64,000 nucleotides of DNA, taken from contig CAJINV010000002.1 of assembly GCA_905178155.1 (NCBI GenBank), positions 10,078,528 through 10,142,527 of the forward strand, given 5' to 3'. The stretch comes from Amoebophrya sp. A120 (lineage: Eukaryota; Protista; Dinoflagellata). Position 1 is the first letter of the stretch. Every line of letters begins with the position of its first letter. Positions 24,301 through 36,564 of this stretch are shown here, one piece after another. The position numbers and the translations under genes were made by a program. The notes beneath the pieces were generated by a model, which saw only the letters and a program-made list of their open reading frames with translations, was not told the origin of the DNA and made no database searches.

Positions 24301-25850
24301 TCATGCAATACAGATTTTCTTAGAATCCAAAATCAGCATGACAAGTTGGATTCTTGCAGACCCAGACACTTTTACAGTTGATAGCAGAGCAACGCCTACA
24401 ACGCCCTGGCGATCATGATCAAAAAGAGCTGCAACACCGGGCTGGGGCAGAATCTTCACATGCAGAATGCGAACAGCCCGGTTGTGAGCATGATGACGGT
24501 CCAGAAGATCACGGAAGTGATTCTAGACCGGCTGGAGCAAGCGTTGCGACAGAAACGGAATGACCCACAGTGTGAGTTACACGGAAATCTCTGCGTGTGC
24601 CTGTCGGAGCTGGTCGAAAAGTTCCCGAAGGAACAAATCCTGCAGAATCAAGCCTTGCCAGACAGGATCATGACATTGTATTTTTTGCTCTGCTATAGTG
24701 AAATGTTTTTCTGTTGTGGCCACCGAACAGCAGTCATTGTATGCATCGCAACTTCAGAGAAATGTTTATCAATAATTTTACCGGTCTGACTGCGCACGGT
24801 GATATCATGATGAAGGAAGTTCTAATCGAGGATGAGGAAAACAACACATCACAGGTACGTCGAGGCTCTGGATTTGTATGCGATCCAGAACGAGAACACG
24901 CACGTGCTCCCGGACGCCCTGATGGCCGTTGGTTTGATGATAAAGAAGCTGGGCAGCAATTTCGAGCCATACATGCAGCGATGCGTCAAGTACTTCCAGA
25001 TGGGTCTTCAGAATTACGAAGATGTGCAGACCTGCAACATGTGCACCGCGCTTATCGGCAACCCGCTAGCCAACAATTTGCGGGAGCGGTTTCTGCCTTA
25101 TAGCGAGCAATTGATACAGCTAGTGATAAATAACGTGCGCCAAGAGGATGTGGATAAGAAGGTACGAGGAATTTTTTTTCATTCTAATAATGAAATGAGT
25201 AGTCAAAGTCATTTATTTTTTATCCACTTAAAAATCCGGTCTTAGCTTCATTTGACGACCTCTGGTGTACGAAAAAACAGATCAAGCTTTCCTGCATCTG
25301 CGCGCTCGGCGACGTTGCAATGGCCCTGGGCGGCAAATTTGCTCCCGCGCTCCCCCAGGTGGGGCAGGTGCTGCAGCTAGCCGCCTCGGTGCAGGTAGAG
25401 GACGCCGACCTGGACAGTTATGACTGGATCGAGTACGTGAACAAGCTGCGCGAAACCGTTCTCGAGGCGTACATTTCTATCGCCTACGGCCTATCCGAGG
25501 GGAACGAACTGCACCAATTCAAGAGTTGGGTCACCCCGATTCTGGGGCTGATCAGCATCATCGTGCAAGACAGCAAGCGAAGTAACCCGAACGACGGCGG
25601 TAACAGCAGCGGAAGCATGCTCACCACGACGTCGCCCGGAAGTAGCTCTTTGGTTTCCAAAGACGTGATGAAGCAGGCCTGCAACACGATGGGCGACTTG
25701 ATCAACTTCTTCCAGAAGGAGCTCTGCAGCTACCTGAAAGACGCCCCGTTCCTGCCCGATCTGATCCAATACGCGCAGAACACCAATGACGCCGATGTAC
25801 TCAACACTCTTTCTTGGCTGAAAACCGGACTGCAAAAGTACGGCGCATAA
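21367..25850 (+). CDS. KPNB1: Importin subunit beta-1 (karyopherin beta); about 10 exons
   Basis: IBN_N-like AEQQL...RQLAATQLKNAL, LAAIEIP..SWP.L, LGFISEE, WTQIAEEE, NWREREAAILAVGSMMDGP and VRDTTAWTV. GT-AG introns include 21736-21955, 22188-22370, 22570-22691 and 23000-23119, plus three introners. Confidence 0.9.
23320..23569. mobile_element. Introner family A, reverse
   Basis: Direct repeat TGTCG/TGTCG. CAGAC-type TIRs. Confidence 0.93.
23639..23903. mobile_element. Introner family C, forward
   Basis: Direct repeat CCACA/CCACA. Removal gives KHHMKIC. Confidence 0.93.
24122..24383. mobile_element. Introner family C, forward
   Basis: Direct repeat GCAGA/GCAGA. Nearly identical to 23639-23903. 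Removal gives LQSNAYNAL. Confidence 0.93.
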
Positions 25851-27988
25851 TGATCAACCTGTTGGCAAGAACGACCAGGCTGCATAGTAGAAGTTGTAAA
25901 ATGAATCACAAGCGACTACGACTTCTAGGAGAACTGTAACAGTTTCGGCTCGCTGCAGCGGAAAGTGTAGTGGTGATCGGCTTATTTCTTGTTGCGACGT
26001 TGGTACAGGCGGCTCAGCTCTCCTCCGAGTCGGTGGAAGAAAGCCGCGGCATTCGCAGCCGGCACGGTCGATCGCAACCCGATCTTTTTGGAGGAGGTTC
26101 GTCTCAACTAGGTACATCTTTTCCGCCCCAGAGGACACGGCCTACCCGCTGGGGATGGTACTGTTGGGACCCCTCTCCCCGTGCAAGATTCATCGCTGGC
26201 AGCCTGTGTTGAGACCCCGGAGCGCACCACACGTCGAAGTAAAAAGAAAGCAATTATAACAGTAACACTCACGACCACGCTCCTACCGCTCCTACAGATA
26301 GATAAAAGATCAACGAGAACAAAAAACACACACACAAACTCACATCGACGAAAAACCACGGCAATACTCCCTGCCGCTGGGATCAGACGCAATACAAGCG
26401 AAGAAAAACTAGTACAATGCGTATTTACACTAAACACACACACAACTTTATTATTCGAGAATCAATAGCAACAGTTAAACTTAAAACACACACACAACTT
26501 TAGTTTTTAGCGTATTTTCACACAGCACTGATGTCTTGGCAAGACAAGAGCATCTATAGACGAAACGTGTGAGTCGCTACGACGAGCTGCTCACACGTAA
26601 AAAAAAATTTAAGGCGCGTGCTCTATTGGTAGTGGCGAAATAAAAGGTATTTTACACGACCCGGAGACCAGGAGGAGAATGTTGTATGAAAATTGTCAAA
26701 GGAATGTACGACGTAGTAGCATTTCATTTCCTGTATCCGGAACAACGAAGCCACACGTATACGAAATTTTATCATAGAGCACTCGCGGTGGAAGCCGCGT
26801 CTCGCGCAAATAGTATCCTAGTCCACCCCCGAAGAGTTGCGGTGGGGGCTCAATCGCAATAAAGGCAACCCACCCGGTCTGCCCCGCCTGGTAGCGACTA
26901 CTTTGAAAGAACATTGTATAGTGATGATGTACTTCTTCTTCTGCCACAACAAGATAGAAGGAGCAAGAACTTCTCATGCTCGTGCCTCTTTTCACCTTTC
27001 TCTAGGTGCCGAAAGGCTCGTGCGAGTTGAAGAACGTATACTCTTCACCACGAGGAGCAGTGCAGAGCTGCGACTAGTGGAGTTTTACCTTTCTCTTAGC
27101 GAATCTAATTCTAATCGCAATTCCTATTCGTCTTCTCCCCTAAATTTTTTTTCTTCTTTTTTTTCTTCGTTTTCCTTTTCGTAGTTTTTGTATTCTTGGT
27201 TTTGGTTTTGATGTGGTAACATGTAGATGCACCGCTACCGTTACGACATTTACTACTCGTTTATTTTGGTTTGGTATCACAGTTCTCGAACGACAAGAAG
27301 GGGAATGTTATGGCCGCAAAACCTTGCAGTTTAGAATTCCCTACGGACGACACGAGGCGAAAAAAGAAGATGGGCCTGATCTCTTCTCGCTGCGCACGTA
27401 ATTATTTTCAAGAATGTAGTAAGTATCGAAAGGCAAGAGGAAATAAAGTCTGAGTTGATTAAGAAACAGGCACAGAAAATCCTAGTTGCCGTTTGGTCTC
27501 AGCCGGTTGTGTTGTTCCTGCCTCAGACCGAGAAGATACTTGTTTCCTCTGGATATTAGTTCTTGTCGTGCTACTTCGCGGACGATGTTTGGCAGGCAAG
27601 CATGATCAGTTTTTTGGGAGCACTCTGTTGCGTATTTCTACTTCGCATGAGAAGTCGCACTTTTGCAATACAAACAAGCGATGTAATTGCTGAGCAACAT
27701 GCATGCATCACAAATGATGCTAGATCCATGTCAGACAAGACAAAAGATTGAAATTTCGAAATGAAGATCTAACAGCCGATAAATGGGCCTGTGTTGCCCG
27801 TCCGTGTCCTTTGAGTCCGTGTCGTGGTTTGATCTGTAGTCGATGATGCGCTGCGTGGTGTGCTTGTTTCCAAATTCTGCGACAAATACAATGACAATTA
27901 CAAAAAAATCGCTCCAGTCTATTGCTTGAAAGATTGTATCTTTTCTCAGTTGACCAATTTTAGCTTTTTGCTAACAAAATCTGCAAAA

Positions 27989-28595
27989 ATGGCTCAGCAA
28001 GGAAGCGTCAAATTCTTCAACTCCGAGAAGGGCTTCGGTATTGACAAAACTTGGGTTATCAGTGATGCGACGGAGTTTTTGACCGGTCGCTCTTATGCCG
28101 AGCGACTGAGTATGATGATTTTTCCCAGTTGTTCTGCCCAGGCCTGCGGGTAGATGTGCATTGAAAAATAAATTGAACAAATCAATAAATCAGGCTTCAT
28201 CACGCCGGACCAGGGTGGCGAGGACATCTTCGTTCACTTTTCCGCCATCGAGTCGCAGGGATTCAAGAGCTTGAACGATGGTATAAAATTGCAACGGTCT
28301 GATGGTTGAAAATTGACAGTTGCACATGCAAATTACTAGCGAAGAACAAGATCAGGGTATTTATTTCGGTATTGTAGTTTCTCTAATACACCCGTGCCAT
28401 GCCGACAACGAAAATATCCAACCCAACTCAGGTGAAACCGTGAACTTCGACACTATTTGGGACGACCGCAAGCAGAAGTCTTGCGCCGCCAACGTGACAG
28501 GGCACGGAGATGGTGTCCCGCGCGAAAAGGGCGGAAAGGGAAAGGGCAAGGGATTCGGCGGAAAGGACCAGGGATACGGCGGCGGCTACTGGTAA
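27989..28595 (+). CDS. Cold-shock domain protein with Gly/Lys-rich tail; exons 27989-28037, 28194-28280, 28432-28595
   Basis: Spliced: [52 protein letters not shown]... (RNP1 KGFGFI, RNP2 FVHF). Two GT-AG introns. Confidence 0.93.
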
Positions 28596-30327
28596 ATCAC
28601 TTCGCTTGACGCGGAAATGCGGAAGAAGCGTGTTAACTACGGTTTTTCGGAAATTTTCACCCGTCGATGATGTGAATGTGATATGGGAGCTAAATGGAAA
28701 AAGTAATGTGATCTCTTGCATATGTGTTGAAAGAGGCTAGATTTTGAAAAAACACTTACCGAGCTGCAGTCTCGCCATCGTGAAGAAGTTGCGAGCACTG
28801 TGTGCGAGCGACCTCTTGCGAGAGTGTGCTTGTAGTTTCGGGATCTGTTTGATCGAAGTAAAAGCTACTAATGTTTTTATGTTTTCAAATTAAAGATGCA
28901 TCAATGAATACTTCCTTTTCTTTTTCTTCACTACTACTTACTCAACAAAATGGCATTGAAAATACGAACAACAGAGGGGTCAACTAAACACTATTCAATG
29001 GCACGGCGTTACCGTCTGAAAGACGGATAGTCACCGATAGTAATAGTGCTTTTATGGCACTCGTATACTGAAGTGGGGTGTGAGAGCCCCCATGACTTGG
29101 ATAGTGTTTTTGATTGTGTATTGGAGTGAAAAAAGAAATTGATGAGAAGAAATGGATGCCCTCGCTGTTCAGCTTCTTCTGCGTTTTCTTCTTTGCGAGA
29201 GAAACAACGGAGAAACAAATCCCATCCCGAGAGGACTCATGACCAGCAAATGCGCAGCGTTTGTTGACAGATGTTTTCTTTTGTATCAGACTGCTCGTGC
29301 CTTAGATCTTCGAGACGCTAGTACTTTTTTCGTCTTTTGGCACGATCGCGAGACTCTTCTCGGCTTTGGACCTCACAGGTCGGTACTTACATCATCCGGG
29401 AGGTCTTCGAAGTCCACCGGCGTATGGTGAGATGAACTTGCGATCCACATCAAAGAAATACTGGCAATTAGTGGATGAAAATGGGTCAGATTCACGGGAT
29501 CCCGCTCTAGCGCTGGGACAGCCAATGATCGCTCAAATGGATCGAAGGAGACAAGACATCTGGATCTGAAGCAACACTAGTGTAAGAGACGAGAATTGTC
29601 GGAAGAGCGAACAAGACTTTCGGTCTTCTCGTGTTTTCAAATCATGACTGCACAGCACAGGGTGAGTGCACAAAATAAGATCAACGGTGGAAATAACTGC
29701 TAGCAGAAGGTCGCTTGGTCTTGTGGAAAGATATCGCGATCTTTTTTTTAGTCAGATCAGGAGCATCACCTGTACCTCCACGTCATTTTTTTTACCAAAA
29801 AGCGTTCACCAGGGTAATTTCGTTCGAAACCTGCAAACTGCGCAGCTAAATGAGTCAGTACTTATTTGTTTAGGGTTCGATTTTTTAACTTGAACGATAA
29901 AAGCACGAAATACATCAAATAAAGACCTCGACGCATACGCATTTTTTCTAGCGGCAACAACTGAAACTGCACCTACTTTTAATAGGATCTTCACCAAGCG
30001 AATCCCACTTCTTCGTTCTTGTGCTAGTTTGTAATCTTCTCGTAGTCGTGTAAAAAATGTACCCATAACTAAATCTAAACCTACCTAATTGCTTAAATCT
30101 ATGTACCTGCATTTCCATGTAAGCTCGCTTGGAAATCTGGGATTTTATAAAGCAACACATTGCGTTCGTAACGCTTGCCACTTCCATTGAGCATTTTTCC
30201 TTTTTAGATTTAGGAAATCAATATTATATATAAAGCCTATTTTCAAATTTCATTTTTTTCCGCCACTTTTGAAAGCTACAAAATTACGATGTTGTACTCT
30301 ATCTGTGAGGCTACACTCACGCATAAA

Positions 30328-33300
30328 ATGCTGAGAATTGCCGCAGTTGTTTTCTGCTGCGCGGCGCCTTCTTCCCTATCCCAAGGAGCTTTCGTGAAGG
30401 GGCTCTCGTTGAGCAGGATGAGCGTTGACGGCCTATCGGATAAAGATCGGGCCGGTCTGACGTCTACGGCGGAGAAGGTCACGCTTCGGTATTACGCACC
30501 GTACAGAGGCGATGCCGGCGGGCATTACGAATATTTGCAGAAAAAAATCGCTTGTCTGGGTGATGAGGATGCCAACAAGAGGTTTCTTTTGTTCACCGAT
30601 GCAAGTGTTCGGAGCCGCGCCAACGTCGGAACCTTTGCGCAGCTGGGTGTCGTCGCGTACAGCAGTCGCGGTCTGGCGAAAGCGCGACGAGACACGGCAG
30701 AGAGAAAAGCGGAAGATCAGAGAGTTGGTTCAATCTACGACCGGGTTCCGGACGTCCTGGCCGCGGGGATTGGAGGCACGTACTTCAAACGCGCGCAAGA
30801 GCTCTTGAACAAAAGCAATACGGGAGGGACGTTTGGCCTGATGTCGGATTCCTGGAAAGACAACGCGCTGACCGCCGTTGCGGAGGGCGAGGCGCTGTGG
30901 CGGGGACTCAATCTGGCATACGGCCAGCAGCGGTTGATGTTGACGGAAAGCTCGAGCGGGACGACCACTGAAGGTGTTGGCGACGCGTCCGCACATGACG
31001 GTGCGAAATTGCTTGCTTTCACGGATTCCCTGCACTTAATTCGGGTGCTGGAATGGATTTTTCACGGAGGCGCCGCCGCCGGTGACGTCCTCTCAGATTC
31101 TAGTCCTGGCGCAGGCTTCGTGCGACACATGCAAGAAACCGTCGCCAAACCCATAGCAGATTTGTTTTCCCAGGTGGGGCTGAAAGATGCGTTCCAGAGA
31201 ACCTTGGAAAAGCTAACACGAAGCAAGGTTGCGCGACCCGGAACTGGTAGTATGGCCAAGAGTCAATTTGCGTACTACCAGCATGTAGAGATTCTCCACG
31301 TGCGAAGCTCTTCGCGCGTGATCCGCAAGGAGGAGGAAGCTACCAGTTCGGGCGGAAGTAGCTGCGAGAGTGCTTCACCGGTGGAGCAGGAGCTCGAGAA
31401 AGTTCCCAGCGAGGCAACGACGTCACCCAAGGCGTACACGTTTGGAAACGCTCTGGCGGACCAGCTGGCGTCGGGTTTCACTCTGATGCACTCGACGGGC
31501 ACAGCGAACCTGCTCTCGAAACGGTTCTGCGAGAACCCAGGGGGGTGGCTGAAAAGACGAAGAACGTCGACGTCAACCGCTGCTGAAAAGACGAAGAGCA
31601 GTTCGATTGCCGAGACGAATTTGCACGACACGCTGTATAGCAACTGCAAAGAGCTGATGCAGGACCTCAGCAACCGAATGCCTCACATTCCGAAGCACGG
31701 CAAACAGTGTCAGTCTGCGACTTTCGAGCTGGAGCAGGACGTGGTGAAGCGCTTCAGAAAATTTGCGGTGCTGTACCAGAAACTCGACTACGCGGCTTTG
31801 GAGATGACGCAAGCAGTGGTCGGAGCGTCCGCGGCAGCTGTGCGAACCAGCGGGAGAGGGAGGCGTCCGAGGTCCGGGTCCCGTTCTGGTGGTCGCCGTC
31901 GAGGAAGTAGAAGAGCGTCATCCACTACTAGTTCCAGGAGCAGCAGCAGAGGTAGAAGTTCCTCGCCTGCTGCGCAGGAAGAGGAGGCCGTGCACCGTGG
32001 GGGCGAAGTTGTGCTACAAACAGGCGACAGCACAGACGATACGGGTACGGGGACGAATATCGATGCTGACGCCGAGAAGCAAAAGGCGCTCTTGATTTCG
32101 CCCCTGGATTGGTTCCGAAGCCAGGCCCAGGTCGCTTTGCAGCACTGTGGTAGCCCGCCCGGCCTTGGGTTTGCTTCCGGAAAGCTGATGCGCTACCTGG
32201 ACCACGCTTGGAGCGAGGAAACAACCACACCAGGTAAAGCGGGTAGTAGTACTGCCGGAAGTTTTTGTGTCGGAAGTTGCTCCACCCCTGCGGCACCAGC
32301 AGACGCGATCGAGTTCGATGTTCGGAATTACGAGGAGCACTGCGGTAGCGCTTTTAGCGACTACTTTGGTCGTATGAAAACCTCGAGTGTTGAAGACACG
32401 ACTACACACGACAACCCCACACCATTTCAGCAGGTTCCACTTGCAGGGAAGGAGCTGATGGGGCGGCTTTGGGCGCGGATTGCTGTGATGCGTCGAGTGC
32501 GTAGCTCGTTGATCCAGTCGGAAACTGTATTGCGTGACTTCGTAGCGTCGATCAACACCCCCGTGGCACAAACGCAAGAGGACGCTGGGGAGCCCTCGAG
32601 GTCGTCAGGCGTCGCCGGGCCAACCAGCAAAAAGGAGCAGAAGTCAGGCAAAAAGAAGCAGAAGGGTGGGCCTCCTGCGACCGCAGCAGCTGTAGTTGGG
32701 CACAAAGAAATAGGGACGAAGCAACCGCCGGCGCGCAAAGGGGCTTCAGCCAGCGACGAGGCGTCGTACCACAGTGTGGTAGCCGGGACGGTGAAAGCCT
32801 CCAAAGTCGTGTCGTACCACAGCGTGGTAGACGCGACGGTGAAAGCCGCTAAAGTCGTGTTGTATCAAATGGAGCAGTGGTCTCCCATAGCACTGCAGGG
32901 CGACGTTCGTACGCAAAACTTGATGCTAGAGCGAAATCGTTGGCTTGCGCCCGACGCGCAGGTCCCGAACGGCGATGGTGCGAAGTTTGTTCGGTGCGGA
33001 CGGCTCATGAAGGAACCCATGGAAGTTTTAGACCATCTTCTCAGCACCTTCACGAAGTCCCTGTATGCCAAGAATGCGGGCATTCGTCTGGCTACGCGGG
33101 GCAACTACCGCGCGACCGCCCAGCGTGTTCTCGATGTTCTTTCCAAGGCAGCCATCCCGCTGGCGACGGCAGGCCTGGAGTCCTTGCTGGCGAGCCTCGA
33201 AGATTGGCTGGAGACGGTGATTATGCCCTTGAGCAGTAAGGAGAACAACCTGCAAGGGAATGATGAGCTTGACGAGCACGCGGATTCTAGCAAATTGTTG

Positions 33301-35139
33301 AGGACTGAAGTAGAGCTGATGTCACAGAACTTCACTGGCCCGCCGATTGAATGGCGCGCGAATGCCTTCGAGAGGCGGCTGGCAGAGATGCAGGTGGTCG
33401 CTGCCGCGGTAGAAAAAGAAAAGCAAACGTTGCTATACATGAATTTGCACAAAGTTCCCGAGCGATACGATTTCGAAAAGAAGAAGACAGCAGTGAGACT
33501 TTTAATGACGGATGCCTTTGACCAGGATGCCGCCTACGTGAAGGAATTGCAAAAAGCACGGGACGTGTACGTACCCGCCCACGATCTGATCCTCGGCATT
33601 GATTTACAATTCGCCGGGATCGACCTCCCCTTTGGCACTGCGAATGTTGCGGAACCGCTTCGCTCCAAGCCTTCCCGACTCGCACGGCCCCCGCCCGTGC
33701 TCTCCCTCGTCGACCTGCCAATCAGTCTGATGCAGCAGCTAGCTCTCGATCCTCCCTCCTTCACGGCCGAAGTGGGGGTCAGACTGCGTTCGGGCAGAGG
33801 GGTAGGGGACGACTCATCTGCCACGTCGTTGAGGTCTTCCCAGGAGGACGCGGACGAGGACGCCGTGCTGTACCAGAGTCGCTTCGGCCTCGGGCGGCTG
33901 CGCATGACGGACGACAAGGATGGGAATCAACAAAACTTTCTAAACAAGCTGGAAAATGAGAGCGACGGAGTTGGAAAATATTTATGGGCAGCTTCGCCTT
34001 GGGCACGCAGTAATTGGATATCAAGGGGCCATGAAGAAGATGGTGTAAGAACGGGTGCAGAGCTGGCAGGATCTGTCTCCGCAGTAGCCCTGAACTTCGC
34101 CGATGTGAGCACAGATGAAGCCGATGCCTTGAAAAAGATCTTTCGAAGCTCAGGGCCATCGGTGCACTCGGTTATTGCTGAGGCCGTCGGTCGGGAGCTT
34201 CCCATACGTTTGTCGGGCATTGTGGGCCACGAGACGCAGAAAGCTGCGAAGGTGGTGCTCCGCGACGCCGAACAGGTGAGTCGTGAGGTCAGCGACCTCG
34301 CACAGATGGCGAAAGCTATTTTAGGGCAAGAACCACAGGGATTGGGTGCGCTAGCGATTCAAACTGAGAAAAATCGCGTCGACAGCCTGCTTGTCTGGCT
34401 CCAGTTGAAAATCGCGCGACACGAAGGCGCGCTGGGGCGCGTACAGCTGCGGCAGGCTACGAACCGAGGAGCCATATCAAGACTATGGTCGTGCCGCGGC
34501 GAAGACTTAGAAGAAAAAGAAAAGTGCTTTCAGGAGTTACGGAAGGAGATATTTCGGGTTTTGGAAGTAGATGGTCGGGCGGCGTTGACAGAAAACTTTG
34601 GGCGTATCAACATGCTTATGCCGCAAGAAGTTTCCTACGGTGCTGATCCTCAGGTTGTTGCGGCCCTTAGTGAGGAAGAAAGAACCATCGTTGCGGCCTT
34701 ACGCAAGGGCGGGCTGGTTCTCTCGTTCCGCAATGGCACGGTGGAGCGGAACGATTATTTCGAAGAAGTGTTGCCGTTTGAAACGCCCTCCGGCGGAGAA
34801 TTCGTGGAGTACCATCCGATCCTGCGGCTGCCAGTGGCCTACACCAAAGTGGTGGACTTCGAGAGTCCCCTCGAGAATCCGGCCAGGGAGACGCGAACCG
34901 TGGTCATCTTGTTCTTCGATGAGAAAGCTGCAAAGTTCGCCGTGCTCCCACTGCCGCAGGCGGCCGCGACGCCGGGTTCTTTCGGAAGACCTCATGGGAG
35001 AATTGTTTTGCCTAGAGCGCCGCTGGCAAGTTACGATAAAGGAATGCGGTGGGCTCTGGACGAGTCCCGTATGGAGCAACTGGAACTGGTGTCGCCAAAG
35101 TTCCTGCACGGCTCGAGCGTGCGTGGCATTGTGGATTGA
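30328..35139 (+). CDS. Large (~1600 aa) putative secreted protein with an N-terminal RNase H-like domain, paralogue 1, intronless
   Basis: Uninterrupted ORF (alternative start 30289). Signal-like MLRIAAVVFCCAAPSSLSQG. Motifs LFTDASV, AVAEGEAL, AFTDSL and HVRS...FGNALADQLA. RS-rich basic tract. Confidence 0.8.
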   Translation: MLRIAAVVFCCAAPSSLSQGAFVKGLSLSRMSVDGLSDKDRAGLTSTAEKVTLRYYAPYRGDAGGHYEYLQKKIACLGDEDANKRFLLFTDASVRSRANVGTFAQLGVVAYSSRGLAKARRDTAERKAEDQRVGSIYDRVPDVLAAGIGGTYFKRAQELLNKSNTGGTFGLMSDSWKDNALTAVAEGEALWRGLNLAYGQQRLMLTESSSGTTTEGVGDASAHDGAKLLAFTDSLHLIRVLEWIFHGGAAAGDVLSDSSPGAGFVRHMQETVAKPIADLFSQVGLKDAFQRTLEKLTRSKVARPGTGSMAKSQFAYYQHVEILHVRSSSRVIRKEEEATSSGGSSCESASPVEQELEKVPSEATTSPKAYTFGNALADQLASGFTLMHSTGTANLLSKRFCENPGGWLKRRRTSTSTAAEKTKSSSIAETNLHDTLYSNCKELMQDLSNRMPHIPKHGKQCQSATFELEQDVVKRFRKFAVLYQKLDYAALEMTQAVVGASAAAVRTSGRGRRPRSGSRSGGRRRGSRRASSTTSSRSSSRGRSSSPAAQEEEAVHRGGEVVLQTGDSTDDTGTGTNIDADAEKQKALLISPLDWFRSQAQVALQHCGSPPGLGFASGKLMRYLDHAWSEETTTPGKAGSSTAGSFCVGSCSTPAAPADAIEFDVRNYEEHCGSAFSDYFGRMKTSSVEDTTTHDNPTPFQQVPLAGKELMGRLWARIAVMRRVRSSLIQSETVLRDFVASINTPVAQTQEDAGEPSRSSGVAGPTSKKEQKSGKKKQKGGPPATAAAVVGHKEIGTKQPPARKGASASDEASYHSVVAGTVKASKVVSYHSVVDATVKAAKVVLYQMEQWSPIALQGDVRTQNLMLERNRWLAPDAQVPNGDGAKFVRCGRLMKEPMEVLDHLLSTFTKSLYAKNAGIRLATRGNYRATAQRVLDVLSKAAIPLATAGLESLLASLEDWLETVIMPLSSKENNLQGNDELDEHADSSKLLRTEVELMSQNFTGPPIEWRANAFERRLAEMQVVAAAVEKEKQTLLYMNLHKVPERYDFEKKKTAVRLLMTDAFDQDAAYVKELQKARDVYVPAHDLILGIDLQFAGIDLPFGTANVAEPLRSKPSRLARPPPVLSLVDLPISLMQQLALDPPSFTAEVGVRLRSGRGVGDDSSATSLRSSQEDADEDAVLYQSRFGLGRLRMTDDKDGNQQNFLNKLENESDGVGKYLWAASPWARSNWISRGHEEDGVRTGAELAGSVSAVALNFADVSTDEADALKKIFRSSGPSVHSVIAEAVGRELPIRLSGIVGHETQKAAKVVLRDAEQVSREVSDLAQMAKAILGQEPQGLGALAIQTEKNRVDSLLVWLQLKIARHEGALGRVQLRQATNRGAISRLWSCRGEDLEEKEKCFQELRKEIFRVLEVDGRAALTENFGRINMLMPQEVSYGADPQVVAALSEEERTIVAALRKGGLVLSFRNGTVERNDYFEEVLPFETPSGGEFVEYHPILRLPVAYTKVVDFESPLENPARETRTVVILFFDEKAAKFAVLPLPQAAATPGSFGRPHGRIVLPRAPLASYDKGMRWALDESRMEQLELVSPKFLHGSSVRGIVD

Positions 35140-36564
35140 TATAACGTTGAGCTGCTTCTCGCCTTTGTTCGGGCAGGAGCAGTTTGAGTGACCTTTTCAT
35201 AACTCAGTACGCGGATAGAAAAGGCATGGCAGTTCTTGTGGCGGTCGGCTGCCAGCTTTTTTTCGTCAGATCACAGTAATATCAGATATCAGTACACATA
35301 TTAGCGCTACATAGAAGTAGGTTATTAGGGTTTATTTCATCGGCCGCAGAAGGAAACTAACAATGATTTTCTTCTTCGAAAAATAAGAACGAAATGTACG
35401 GACGAAGGTCAAATTAAGAAGTAGCAGTTGTATAATAAAATCGTTTTAAAATCCAAATCAACCTTTGCATATCAATGGTGAACGACGACTACCTGATTAC
35501 GTCTGACGTGTGAGCTGCAACTTCAGGATTTTATTGTGCGTGTTGTTTGATTCACGAGGTTCTGGTTATCCAAAGGGAAGAACAACAAGTGCTCTACCTC
35601 TTATTTAAGATTCAATTCCAAACAGGTACACAAATTTAGGCGCGCAAAGACAGCGCAACGAAATATGAAAACAGGAACGTGAAATGGAGAGGATGGTCAT
35701 CCTCATTTGCACTGTTAGACAGATGTTATGGGTCGAACCAAAATTTGCGCGACTTCGGCTATTCTAAGGTAAACGAGTCGTGGTGACCACTTGTCAGCTG
35801 ATGAGCTGGAAGGTTTTCTTCCTGTGTGTTTCGCCAGAAACTTTTTTCTGTGTGTTTCGGCATGGAGTTATGTTTTTTCAGTTGTGGCACTTGAATCAAT
35901 CAAATCTTTACTTATCATAGTAACGACGCAGTGGTACAGTAACTAACTCGAGAATATGTGGCTGCTGGTCGGTTAGCGTTGAACAATATTACATCTGCGT
36001 TGATAATCTGTTCTAGCTGAAATGCGATATCGCGCACGAATAGAGGGAGCAGCTTTACTGCAAGAGTCGGTCTGCAATTAAGTATCGAGTACTAAACTTC
36101 TCGAGAAATAAAATGGCAATAGAATTATTCGGCATCAAGCGTTCTGGATCGATCTTGCAAGCGAATGAGGACTCTGCGCGAAGCAAAGATCAAAACGTAG
36201 CAAGAAAATCGGAAACCTACAATTTTTTCGGTCAGAACTTCACCCGATATTAATCCTCGGTTTTCTTTTCAAGGCTTTCAGGAAGAACGCCATGAGCCTG
36301 ATCGAAATCGCAGATACACAGCGTGTCTGTCGTGCAGCAATACAAAGGATCATCTGTCGAGCTTGCAACAAGATCTGCTGGTGCTGTTGTGAAAAAATAA
36401 AATGTCGAAAGCTGGCTGAGAAAAAATAAAGCGGATTAGGGAGAGCCGCTCTGATTGAGGCCTCCATGACGGTTTGATCCTCATCAATGAAATCAATGAA
36501 ACGAAACAGTGTCGCTTGATGGAACATCGCCCTGTGGTGGAAACTTCGTGAAACACGCAACTCG

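Noticed and set aside
26320-26505. Three AAACACACAC(AC)AAC units downstream of importin-beta
   Set aside because: Low-complexity AC-rich sequence, probably UTR or intergenic slippage.
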